Source: Escherichia phage FL12. From it: 64,000 nucleotides of DNA. The notes under the pieces are model-generated. The model saw nothing but the letters and a program-made list of their open reading frames with translations, did no database searches and was not told the DNA's origin. A program made the position numbers and the translations under genes. Shown piece after piece: positions 30,424-43,808 of the stretch. Position 1 is the stretch's first letter, and every line of letters starts with the position of its first letter. The stretch is taken from sequence record PP400786; one strand, given 5' to 3'.

Positions 30424-30699
30424 TTAAATCGCTTTGAATTCCGCAGTTTGAGATTCAAAGCGAATGTCGCCTTTGATAACTAACTCAGCATCAAGACCGA
30501 ATACAACAATGATATGCGCGGAACCTGGATACAACGTAATTGCAATAGAATCCACTTGGTCTGGAAGCAAAGTGTTCAATACATGAGTCACTTGAGCATG
30601 AATTCGAAGCTCGGCTGCGTTATCAAGCTTTTCAAACATATTATTAGCGATAATTTGACTAAACACTACTTCTACGATTTTAGAATAAGTCGGAAACAT
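30424..30699 (-). CDS. hypothetical protein
   Basis: 91-aa ORF. Confidence 0.55.
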   Translation of the reverse strand: MFPTYSKIVEVVFSQIIANNMFEKLDNAAELRIHAQVTHVLNTLLPDQVDSIAITLYPGSAHIIVVFGLDAELVIKGDIRFESQTAEFKAI

Positions 30700-30763
30700 A
30701 TTTACCTCACATAATTTTCTTCAAGCCAATCAATAATATCACAAGTTTCATGGTGCAAAGCCA

Positions 30764-31964
<1,201 letters not shown>

Positions 31965-31968
<4 letters not shown>

Positions 31969-32195
31969 TTATTTTTCTCAACTAATGATTGAATATAATC
32001 ATGTAGGTCTTTAGATGCTTTGCCCCACTTATTTTGATATTCATTTTTGAGATTAGCACGTGATTGAGCTAATAAAACATCATTAGTTGGAGGTAAAGAT
32101 TCTAACCGCTGAATCTGGCGTCCATAAATCATTGCAGCCATCTCGGATTCATAAATCAATCCTTTGAGATGTTCAAATTGATGCCATGAAATCAT
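31965..32195 (-). CDS. hypothetical protein
   Basis: 76-aa ORF. Confidence 0.55.
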
Positions 32196-32491
32196 TTACA
32201 TTTATCCTCTTTTAGCTCTTGACGATAATAACATATCATAGTTTTCTGGTCATGTACATATCGTTTTACATCATTAAGCCAAATACGAAATTCCTGGGAA
32301 TCTTCAAATGGCATACCGACCCAAGCTTTACCATCGATAACTTTAACTTGCCAAGATAGTTTAGCTTCATCATATGACTTTATTTGCACAGGCCAATTAG
32401 GATGAACTGTTTCTTTCTTTACTTCTAGAGGCTTTGTCGAACAACCAACTAGAAGACCAATAGATAATATTACTGCTGATAGTTTAATCAT
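32192..32491 (-). CDS. putative outer-membrane lipoprotein, candidate o-spanin (Rz1 equivalent)
   Basis: 99 aa; signal peptide with lipobox LLVGC; adjacent to candidate i-spanin. Confidence 0.6.
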   Translation of the reverse strand: MIKLSAVILSIGLLVGCSTKPLEVKKETVHPNWPVQIKSYDEAKLSWQVKVIDGKAWVGMPFEDSQEFRIWLNDVKRYVHDQKTMICYYRQELKEDKCK

Positions 32492-32841
32492 TTAGAAAGG
32501 TCCTGGATGTCTTCTGCGAACTTGTTGAAGGAGTTGTTGATTTGTTTTTCAACCAATCCTGGCTTATGAGCCACCACATCCGCCTTCTTTGCGTCTTTGC
32601 GCAGTTTTTCATTTTCACGCTCAATAGCAGCAATTGCCTCACGATTTTTATTATTCATCGCATCAATATAATTATACTGAATTCGCAAATTATTTAATGC
32701 TAAGGCGTTTTCATTGGCCGTTTTTGTAATTTCTACAACAGACGTTTCTAATCTTTCTACCTTATTTTTTAAAATAATAGATGTTCCGCCTAATGCTATT
32801 ACAATTAATAGCAAACCTGCTGTCGTATTACTTAATTGCAT
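32488..32841 (-). CDS. putative i-spanin (Rz equivalent)
   Basis: 117 aa; N-terminal transmembrane helix followed by coiled-coil-like periplasmic region. Confidence 0.6.
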   Translation of the reverse strand: MQLSNTTAGLLLIVIALGGTSIILKNKVERLETSVVEITKTANENALALNNLRIQYNYIDAMNNKNREAIAAIERENEKLRKDAKKADVVAHKPGLVEKQINNSFNKFAEDIQDLSK

Positions 32842-33338
32842 AAAGTTTTAATAACCTCTACAATATCGTCTTGAGAAAGACCGTTAATTAAAATATGATG
32901 TTCAGCCGGAGATTTAGAAATTTTAAAGCATGCCGCAACATCTTCTGCCATATCTGATGCACTACGATTTGGATTACTAATTCCAAGACGATGCTTTCCA
33001 GTCAAAGGATTAACGATGATATAGCATTTACAGCTATTGATATGAACATTAGGTTGAGTCTGATTAATGAATACTTCGCACTCATACTTAGCGAGTTGAT
33101 TTTCTAAAAAGACTTTCATCTCCTCAACCGCATCAGGAAGCATATCACGGGCTTGCTCAAGACGACGATTTCGATATTCTTTAATGGTCGTTTTCCGCTT
33201 GACTTGCTTAGCTAAATCTTTCTTAAGATCGGTGATATATCCAACTCGACGATTTCCTTTGAATACAGAAATCCCATCTGTAGTATCACCGTATGCTTCA
33301 ACGACCATTTCAGTAGTAATAAGCTGTAAATCCATCAT
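32832..33338 (-). CDS. alc: Alc, inhibitor of host transcription on cytosine-containing DNA
   Basis: 168 aa, T4 Alc length and position between pseT region and rnlA. Confidence 0.8.
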   Translation of the reverse strand: MMDLQLITTEMVVEAYGDTTDGISVFKGNRRVGYITDLKKDLAKQVKRKTTIKEYRNRRLEQARDMLPDAVEEMKVFLENQLAKYECEVFINQTQPNVHINSCKCYIIVNPLTGKHRLGISNPNRSASDMAEDVAACFKISKSPAEHHILINGLSQDDIVEVIKTLCN

Positions 33339-33366
33339 AAAGTCCTCATGTTATGTCAGTAAGACT

Positions 33367-33396
33367 ACTATAACACAACATGAGGGACTTGTAAAC
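33367..33396 (-). promoter_or_regulatory. sigma70-like early promoter upstream of alc; copy 2 of the 53-bp cassette
   Basis: Minus strand TTTACA, 17-nt spacer, TATAGT; 52/53 identical to the 20075-20127 copy. Confidence 0.6.
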
Positions 33397-33399
33397 AGC

Positions 33400-34987
<1,588 letters not shown>

Positions 34988-35014
34988 AATAAAATGGGCC
35001 TTGCGGCCCACTCC

Positions 35015-35517
35015 TTAAAAGTATTTTTTAAAACTCATCATAACTTTATCATCAACATCATTATCAATCTGTGCAACAAGGTAAGATGACAGTTCTACTT
35101 CTTGTGGCGCGGATTGAACATTATCAGAATTAAGATATTCACGAATCCAAGGATACGGATGTTTAACCGGAGCATCGGTAATTGGGCATGGAAGACCACA
35201 CTGTTTCATACGAGATACAGTTAAGTAATCAATAAAGCTCCACATGCTATTTGTATTTAATCCAGGAACATCACCATCTTTAAATAAATGAACTGCCCAA
35301 TCTTTTTCTTGGCGGTTAACTTCCATGAAAATATCAACTGCTTCTTGTTCACACTCTTGAGCAATTTTAACCCATTCATCACCATCAGTGCCGGATTGAA
35401 GTTGACGAATAATATATTGAGTGCCTTTAAGATGAAGCTGCTCATCACGAGCAATGAACTTCATAATCTTGGCATTACCTTCCATGATTTCCATGTTCTT
35501 ATGGAAGTTAAAGGTAC
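35015..35517 (-). CDS. nrdB: ribonucleotide reductase small subunit NrdB, exon 2
   Basis: Encodes ...TFNFHKNMEIMEGNAKIMKFIARDEQLHL..., aligning with E. coli R2 ELMEGNAKII; joins exon 1 to give SFACTFNF. Confidence 0.88.
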
Positions 35518-36107
35518 CGTTATGTTCGATTGAGCTCGCTAATTCTCAACCCGTTCTCTTATGAACTGCTACATATTACTATGCAGACCAGACTATATCA
35601 CAATCCCAGAGGGATTCTCCCCATTTCGAGTCGCTTGACCCTACGTCCGAAGACTAGTCGTTGAACCTTGCTTTGCAATTGTCGCCGTGCCATCGTTTAT
35701 ATGTTGATGGTGATAAATCTTTCTTATCACAATATGGACAATTCAATTGAATTCTATTTGGATTTAATTTACATCTGTCATTATGTTTTAGATAAAATCC
35801 AGGACCTTTACCAATGTGCCCGCAGAAATCACATGTGATTTCTTTTTGTGCAGGATGGGTCCCGTTCTTAACCATTTCTAATGTTTTTGCTGATGTTCTT
35901 TTCTTATGGTCCCATCAGAATCTTTAAGTAGGTCCGTCAGCATCTATCCAAATTTTTCTATAGTTCAATTGTGCATCCTCTTAAAAGTATAATCATATTA
36001 TACTAATTAAAGGTGCAAGCAAAACCTTGGCTGCTAGTTTTCCTATAAAGGACTTTCCAGCAATTAAAGGAGTTTTCGATAAACGTTACCGTTTAAAGGC
36101 GCATTTT
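35518..36107 (-). mobile_element. group I self-splicing intron in nrdB (590 nt)
   Basis: Interrupts NrdB after conserved YVSFA; 5' splice site after U (GCGU), 3' end ...GAACAUAACG; core-like GGGUCAAGCGACUCGAAA and GAUAUAGUCUG elements resemble the T4 td intron. Confidence 0.8.
35654..35875 (-). CDS. truncated intron-encoded endonuclease remnant (I-TevIII-like C-terminal Zn-finger fragment)
   Basis: 73-aa ORF inside the nrdB intron with CDFCGH...CPYCDKKD Cys motifs. Confidence 0.5.
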   Translation of the reverse strand: MVKNGTHPAQKEITCDFCGHIGKGPGFYLKHNDRCKLNPNRIQLNCPYCDKKDLSPSTYKRWHGDNCKARFND

Positions 36108-36783
36108 ACGCAAAAGATACATAAAAACGAATAGCTTCTAAGGCATTAATAACGTGCAAACAGAGGTAAAGAGATTTCATTAAAGCACGTTTAGCTTCGG
36201 CTTCTTGTTTAATAGCTCGGTTTAAACGAAAGTCGGCATCAGGAGATTCTTTAGCTAGTTCTACAAATTCTTTAGCATTTTCCCATTCACGGGTTTTAAC
36301 CAAGACATCATCATAATAACGTCCAATGGATTCAGCTCGTTTCATAATAGCTTCATCTAATACAATCTCATCAAATACCTTTGACGGATCAGTATAAAGA
36401 TTTCGCATGATATGAGTATATGAACGACTGTGAATAGTTTCACTAAAAGTCCATGTAGCAACCCATGTATCTAATGAAGGATCTGAAAGCAATGGCATAA
36501 GTACCGCAGATGGTGCACGACCTTGAATGCTATCAAGTAACGATTGATATTTAAGATTATTAGTAAAAATATTTTGTTGATACTGAGGAAGTTTATTAAA
36601 TTGAGTAGCATCCATCATCAAGTTAACTTCTTCAGGACGCCAGAAAAACGAGAGCTGACGTTCAATAAGTTCTTCAAATACCCTATGTCGTTGAATATCA
36701 TAACGTGCAATTCCAAGACCAGACCCAAAAAACATGGGTTCTGTTAAAACATCGACCTGTTTAGTATTAAAAACTGTACTCAT
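36108..36783 (-). CDS. nrdB: ribonucleotide reductase small subunit NrdB, exon 1
   Basis: Encodes MSTVFNTKQ...LEAIRFYVSFA matching class Ia R2 up to the conserved RFYVSFA segment. Confidence 0.88.
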
Positions 36784-38375
36784 TATTTTGTCCTGTAAAC
36801 TAAATTTCCACAGTCCCAGATTCTTCTAAGACCATTTGCATAACAATTTTCTACTTCAGTTATTGTATCATCATAATTTTTAAGCTTGTTTTTAAGCTTA
36901 TGTTTCATATAGCTTGAGCGGTGAAATACCTCTCCTTTATCGACGTACCAATAACACGGCTCAGAGATATGACTAAATTCCATGACAGAGTCATAAACAT
37001 TTGATAATGTACTGCACCATCTTCGATTGCCATAAGATAGACAATTAATTCCTTTTAATAATTTTGAGACTCCTCCTACAACACAAACCCCCAATTTTGA
37101 ACACATCCTTAAAAGTTCATCACCTGAGCTATATCTAGATTTACCGATAGAAATAATTTGAACTAACTCATTATTGTAATAAAGTCCTTTATACGTATGA
37201 GCTCCCGAGCAAAATCCTTGAAGATGATTCTTATTAATAAATTCTTTTGCCTCATCCTTATTAACAAAACGCGCTTTGCATTTTCGGGCTGGTATTCTTT
37301 CTGATAATCCTAATTTATGCTTTATAATGGATTTCCAGATCTCTCTTTTTGTATCATCAATCCATTCATTTTCGAAGATGTGAAGTAATTGAATTCCTTG
37401 TGCTTCACACATCTCTGTCTTCATCAAATGATAAGTTTCTTTAATTTTATCTGTTTCCTTTGACCCGCTAGAATGCCAATAAATTCCATCGTATTCTATA
37501 GCCAATTTTTTCTCAGGAATGTAAATATCTAATTCATACGGAGGAATAATTTTTCTAGTTTCTACGCAATCAAATCCTAGATCTAAAATGAATTGCTCTA
37601 TAGAACTTTGAGTATAATGAACGTCAATTAGTCCTTTGGATGAAAGAGCTCTATAAGCCGTCATCCGAGAACAATTTGCTAATTGTTGTAGTTCTTCTAT
37701 AGAAATTTTGTAATTGATTTTATCTAGTATATCATGATTAATATGACCGTTATTTTTAATAGATTTTCCTATAGATGAATATAACGATGCCTTATATTCT
37801 TCAGTCCAATTTAATTTGGTCTTCTTAGATTTTTCGCGAGATTTTTTAGAATGCAGAATATCAACTGATTTACCGTTTTCTATAACTTTTCTCGCTTCTT
37901 TCACACTTTCTAATTGTGAATTATGCGTTACCCCATATCGTTCAATTAAAGTTTTTCTATTTTTATTTCTTGAAATTTTTTGATGAGTTGTTCCATATTT
38001 TTCTAAAGAATTTTTGTGTTGAAGTTCAGACAAATATTTTTTATATTTTTCTTTTCCACCAAAATTTGTATCACGGCTTTGAGTTCTCTTATCCGCGAAA
38101 AATATCCCTGCGCAGGATTTACTACATGTTGCTGGAAATACACGTTTCTTTGCTGTTTTCAGAGAAATGAAATTTCCACAAACTGCACATTTTAGATCGT
38201 TAATGTCAATGCCTTCCATAATTTGGAACACATTGAGCTTAAAATCTATTCCATCAGTTAGAAGAGCTTTATCTTCTTCTGTTAGTCTAGATTTAAGTTT
38301 TTCTTCTCCAAATGGAAGAAACTTTCCGTTTTTGTATATATTATCAAACATAGCGTTATTCTTAGTTAACCACAT
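36783..38375 (-). CDS. 530-aa multi-domain putative nuclease (Zn ribbon, YG-x-x-H repeats, HTH, Vsr/PD-(D/E)xK-like motif) in the nrdA-nrdB intergenic slot
   Basis: CAVCG...CSKSCAG; KYGTTHQ / RYGVTHNSQ repeats; HTH-like ISIEELQQLANCSRMTAYRAL; YELDIYIPEKKLAIEYDGIYWHS. Confidence 0.7.
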   Translation of the reverse strand: MWLTKNNAMFDNIYKNGKFLPFGEEKLKSRLTEEDKALLTDGIDFKLNVFQIMEGIDINDLKCAVCGNFISLKTAKKRVFPATCSKSCAGIFFADKRTQSRDTNFGGKEKYKKYLSELQHKNSLEKYGTTHQKISRNKNRKTLIERYGVTHNSQLESVKEARKVIENGKSVDILHSKKSREKSKKTKLNWTEEYKASLYSSIGKSIKNNGHINHDILDKINYKISIEELQQLANCSRMTAYRALSSKGLIDVHYTQSSIEQFILDLGFDCVETRKIIPPYELDIYIPEKKLAIEYDGIYWHSSGSKETDKIKETYHLMKTEMCEAQGIQLLHIFENEWIDDTKREIWKSIIKHKLGLSERIPARKCKARFVNKDEAKEFINKNHLQGFCSGAHTYKGLYYNNELVQIISIGKSRYSSGDELLRMCSKLGVCVVGGVSKLLKGINCLSYGNRRWCSTLSNVYDSVMEFSHISEPCYWYVDKGEVFHRSSYMKHKLKNKLKNYDDTITEVENCYANGLRRIWDCGNLVYRTK

Positions 38376-38391
38376 CCTTGTGGTAATTATA

Positions 38392-39381
38392 TCATAATTT
38401 ACAGGATGAACAATCTTCAGCTTTTGGAGTTTCTATTTCATAATCATCAGTACCAGAACCATCACGGGTATTATGATAATAGAAATTTTTAATGCCATAA
38501 TACCATCCGTATAGCATGTCATCAATCATTATTGACATTGGAACCTTTCCTTTTGGAAAAATCTGCGGGTCATAATATGTATTCGCTGAAGCTGATTGAC
38601 ATACCCATTTCAGCATAATAGCTACCTGCGTAAGATAAGGTTTATTACCTTTCTTAGCTAATTTCCATGTATAGTCGTAAAGGTCTATGTTATGCTCAAT
38701 ATTGGGCACGACTTGATTAAAGGAGCCCTCTTTTGATTCTTTAACAGAGACTGGTCCACGTGGAGGCTCGATACCGTTTGTACTGTTAGAAACTTGGGAA
38801 GATGACTCACATGGCATAAGTGCTGATAATGTGCTATTACGGATGCCAAAGAGCTTAAGGTCTTCCCGCAGCGCCGACCAATCACAAACGTATTTTGGAG
38901 CTGCGATTTGGTCAATCTTTTTATTGTACCAGTCGATAGGTAATTCGCCTCGAGACCAACGAGTGTCTGAATAATATTCGCAAGGTCCTTTTTCTTTGGC
39001 GAGCTTAATGGATGCTTTAATGAGTCCATACTGTAATCTCTCAAATAGTTCATGTGTTAAATCGTTAGCATCTTCATAAGAAGCAAAGTTACTTGCCAGC
39101 CAAGCTGCATAGTTGGTAACACCTACACCAAGATTTCGACGCTTTTTAGCTTTTTCTGCTTCAGGAACTGGATATCCTTGGTAATCCAAAAGATTATCAA
39201 GAGCACGAACTTGAACTTCTGCCAATTCATTAATTTTATCTTGGTCTTGCCAGTCAAAATTATCCAGTACGAATGCGCTAAGGGTACAAAGCCCCACTTC
39301 TCCCTTGTTTTCAATAACTTCTATTGTAGTATACTCATCATCTTCGTAAAATTCATCTACAAATTCATAATCAATATTCAT
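38392..39381 (-). CDS. nrdA: ribonucleotide reductase large subunit NrdA, C-terminal piece (329 aa) with novel acidic N-terminal leader
   Basis: After leader MNIDYEFVDEFYEDDEYTTIEVIENK, sequence GEVGLCTLSAF... to C-terminal CSSCKL aligns with E. coli R1 residues ~456-761. Confidence 0.85.
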   Translation of the reverse strand: MNIDYEFVDEFYEDDEYTTIEVIENKGEVGLCTLSAFVLDNFDWQDQDKINELAEVQVRALDNLLDYQGYPVPEAEKAKKRRNLGVGVTNYAAWLASNFASYEDANDLTHELFERLQYGLIKASIKLAKEKGPCEYYSDTRWSRGELPIDWYNKKIDQIAAPKYVCDWSALREDLKLFGIRNSTLSALMPCESSSQVSNSTNGIEPPRGPVSVKESKEGSFNQVVPNIEHNIDLYDYTWKLAKKGNKPYLTQVAIMLKWVCQSASANTYYDPQIFPKGKVPMSIMIDDMLYGWYYGIKNFYYHNTRDGSGTDDYEIETPKAEDCSSCKL

Positions 39382-40081
39382 TTAATTCTTTTACCTTTTT
39401 TCTAGTAATTCCTAAAGCTTTAGATGCTCGATGTATTGATTGATATTCTATACCGTTTATTTTTACAGCAATTAAGTTATGGGGTTTTAATCCCTTTGGA
39501 TGAGGTTTACTGACGAAAACTAAATTATCAAGCTCTGAAATCTTATCCAATTTCTTACACTTAAATCCTTTGTGATGCGACCGTTTACCTTTACAAACGG
39601 CTGACATTGCAGATGGATTTAAATTATGCTCTTTACAAAATTCGTTAAGACCTCGATGAATTTCCTCATGACCATCAGGAAATGTAAACACCCAAGATGT
39701 TTGAAGTCGAGATTTAACTTCTGGAGACATAGGAATACCTTTGTTCCAAGCTGGTTTGCCTTTATTATTTTCAGATACAGAAATAGCCAATTTTCTTCTA
39801 AGCCACCCATGGCGTTTATTGGTGTTCTTTCGTTCAATATTATCTTTAGAATAAACACACATCATATTAGCGGCAAATATCAATTTATGATTATTTGGAT
39901 ATATCTTTACTAATAATTGATGAGCTATGTAATGCTCTTCTGGCGTCAAATCTACCAGGTTTTCCTTTGTATCAGAACCACCAATACACAGAGGTATAAT
40001 ATGGTGTGATTCGGTATAGCAATCTAATTTTCTATTCTTAGCTTTAGAAATAAGGTTATTGTAAATTTTAAAATAATCCAT
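39371..40081 (-). CDS. HNH homing endonuclease (Mob-like) inserted within nrdA
   Basis: 236 aa; HNH motif ESHHIIPLCIGGSDTKENLVDLTPEEHYIAH; NUMOD-like GKPAWNKG motif; stop overlaps NrdA C-piece start. Confidence 0.85.
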   Translation of the reverse strand: MDYFKIYNNLISKAKNRKLDCYTESHHIIPLCIGGSDTKENLVDLTPEEHYIAHQLLVKIYPNNHKLIFAANMMCVYSKDNIERKNTNKRHGWLRRKLAISVSENNKGKPAWNKGIPMSPEVKSRLQTSWVFTFPDGHEEIHRGLNEFCKEHNLNPSAMSAVCKGKRSHHKGFKCKKLDKISELDNLVFVSKPHPKGLKPHNLIAVKINGIEYQSIHRASKALGITRKKVKELNEY

Positions 40082-40126
40082 AACTTTTCCTCTTGTTATG
40101 GATTATTTATTAACGGTCTGTGTACT

Positions 40127-41560
40127 TTATTTGCTTTGAATTATACCGTCAGGATTAGCTTCATAAAACTTAGCTACATCCGACTTCTTAATTTTGATTA
40201 AACGGGTTTGTTGGCTATTCACATCATTTGTTGGAATAGCAATTTCACAACACAAGTTACTCTGACGAATAGGCGCCTTTTCGCGAATAAACGGAGTGTA
40301 GTTATTCGTATTATCAATGAACTGTACATAAATCCTTGCTGTTCCTGAACGTTCAGTCATGAGCAATTCAAATAGTTCACGGGCTTTAATACGCTTTTTA
40401 CGAATATTAGGGTCTTTTTCTGCTGCTTCGTATAATTCACGGAAACGGTCTTGGTCTTTAAAATAAGAATAATAAAGCTCGCCACCCATTTCATGTGGAC
40501 TGAACAAAGTAATGTAATCGTTCTTTCCAAAACGTTCCATCATCAAATCATTCAGCTGAACACCATAATCCATATGACGAATGCGGTTTTCTTCTACGCC
40601 TTTGTTATTTTTCAAAACGAGAAGATTTTCAACTTCCAAATGCCAAATAGGATAATAAGCAGTAGCAGCGCCGCCACGAATTCCACCCTGTGAACATGAT
40701 TTAACTGCAGTCTGAAAATGTTTCCAAAAAGGAATAACACCAGTATGGCGTACTTCACCCATGCCAATCTTAGAACCTTCGGCACGAATCATACCAACGT
40801 TAATACCAATTCCAGCGCGTTTAGAGATATATTCAACAATTGAAGCGGAAGCCTTATTGATAGACTTCAATGAATCTCCTGCCTCAATAACAACACATGA
40901 ACTAAACTGTCGAGTAGGAGTACGACAACCAGCCATAATAGGAGTTGGCAGTGAAATTTGTCGGGTTGATACTGCTTCATAAAAACGAATAACGTGTTTT
41001 AGTCTATCAACAGGTTCATCTTGATGCAGTGCCATTCCAATAGTCATAAATGCAAACTGTGGAGTTTCATAAATTTGACCAGTGGTTTTATCTTTAACTA
41101 GATATTTTTCTTTTAATTGCATCGCCCCGGAATAAGTAAATTCCATATCCCGCTCATGCTTAATTTTTGATTCTAAAAATGTAATTTCTTCTGCTGAATA
41201 TTTTGACAATAATTCAGGGTCGTATTTACCTTCATTTACACAGTAAGAAATATGGTCAATAAATGAACGTGGTTCATACTGCCCATAAACATGCTTACGA
41301 AGAGCGAACATTAGACAACGTGCAGCTACATATTGATAATCAGGCTCTTCAACCGAAATAGAATTCGCAGCGGCCTTAATGACAATAGTCTGAATATCAT
41401 CAGTTGTCATTCCATCACGGAGATAAGATTTAATATTTTCATATAATTCATAAGGATCTACTGATGTTCCTTCAGCTGCCCAAGATAAAACTTTAATAAT
41501 TTTTTGTGGGTCAAAGCTCTGAGAAACACCACTACTTTTGATAACATTAATTAATTGCAT
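40127..41560 (-). CDS. nrdA: ribonucleotide reductase large subunit NrdA, N-terminal piece (477 aa) with 28-aa C-terminal read-through tail
   Basis: Contains active-site SNLCCEIAIPTNDVN (E. coli SNLCLEIALPT...NDVN) then non-homologous tail ending in TAA. Confidence 0.88.
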   Translation of the reverse strand: MQLINVIKSSGVSQSFDPQKIIKVLSWAAEGTSVDPYELYENIKSYLRDGMTTDDIQTIVIKAAANSISVEEPDYQYVAARCLMFALRKHVYGQYEPRSFIDHISYCVNEGKYDPELLSKYSAEEITFLESKIKHERDMEFTYSGAMQLKEKYLVKDKTTGQIYETPQFAFMTIGMALHQDEPVDRLKHVIRFYEAVSTRQISLPTPIMAGCRTPTRQFSSCVVIEAGDSLKSINKASASIVEYISKRAGIGINVGMIRAEGSKIGMGEVRHTGVIPFWKHFQTAVKSCSQGGIRGGAATAYYPIWHLEVENLLVLKNNKGVEENRIRHMDYGVQLNDLMMERFGKNDYITLFSPHEMGGELYYSYFKDQDRFRELYEAAEKDPNIRKKRIKARELFELLMTERSGTARIYVQFIDNTNNYTPFIREKAPIRQSNLCCEIAIPTNDVNSQQTRLIKIKKSDVAKFYEANPDGIIQSK

Positions 41561-41877
41561 AAGTCCTCAACTTGAAAATCGTCTTTAAACAATCGGTTAA
41601 CTATATGAGCTATTATATCACCATGACACGGCTTTGGTTTACATGTGCATCCTAGCCTCATTCCACGTAAAGGCTCTAAATGTGCTTTAGTTATTTCTCC
41701 GGATTTAATTCGACGTATAAAATCTTTTTTGAATAATTCAATGGCAGCCTCCCGGCTGCCAGCATCTTTACCGACGTAATTTCCCCAAAATGTACCACGG
41801 TGAATATTAACATCAAAGTCGGATTTATATTTATTCACTACCCGACATAGACGGCCCACGCTGGAATAATTCGTCAT
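41551..41877 (-). CDS. DUF4326-like small protein (position of T4 nrdA.1)
   Basis: 108 aa; C-terminal [20 protein letters not shown] resembles the DUF4326 C-x-C-x(4)-CHGD signature. Confidence 0.6.
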   Translation of the reverse strand: MTNYSSVGRLCRVVNKYKSDFDVNIHRGTFWGNYVGKDAGSREAAIELFKKDFIRRIKSGEITKAHLEPLRGMRLGCTCKPKPCHGDIIAHIVNRLFKDDFQVEDLCN

Positions 41878-42106
41878 ATTGTTTTTCCGTTAAAACAGTA
41901 ATATCGTAGTAACAGTCAGAAGAAGTTTTAACTGTGGAAATTTTATTATCAAAATACTCACGAGTCATTTTATGAGTATAGTATTTTTTACCATAAATGG
42001 TAATAGGCTGTTCTGGTCCTGGAACTTCTAACTCGCTTGGGTTAGGAAGTGTAAAAAGAACTACGCCAGAAGTATCTTTAAATCGTAAAATCATATATCC
42101 TCGCAA
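41831..42106 (-). CDS. hypothetical protein (position of T4 nrdA.2)
   Basis: 91-aa ORF. Confidence 0.55.
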   Translation of the reverse strand: MRGYMILRFKDTSGVVLFTLPNPSELEVPGPEQPITIYGKKYYTHKMTREYFDNKISTVKTSSDCYYDITVLTEKQYDELFQRGPSMSGSE

Positions 42107-42114
42107 TAATAAAA

Positions 42115-43798
<1,684 letters not shown>

Positions 43799-43808
43799 AT
43801 TATTTTCC

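Noticed and set aside
35654-35875. Intron ORF as a functional homing endonuclease
   Set aside because: Only 73 aa with Zn-finger-like Cys motifs and no recognisable catalytic GIY-YIG or HNH module; more likely a truncated remnant, as for T4 I-TevIII.
38392-41560. Possibility that the nrdA interruption is an intein
   Set aside because: The NrdA N-piece, the HNH ORF and the NrdA C-piece are in different reading frames separated by stop codons, and the insert lacks intein splicing motifs; an intein must be in frame.
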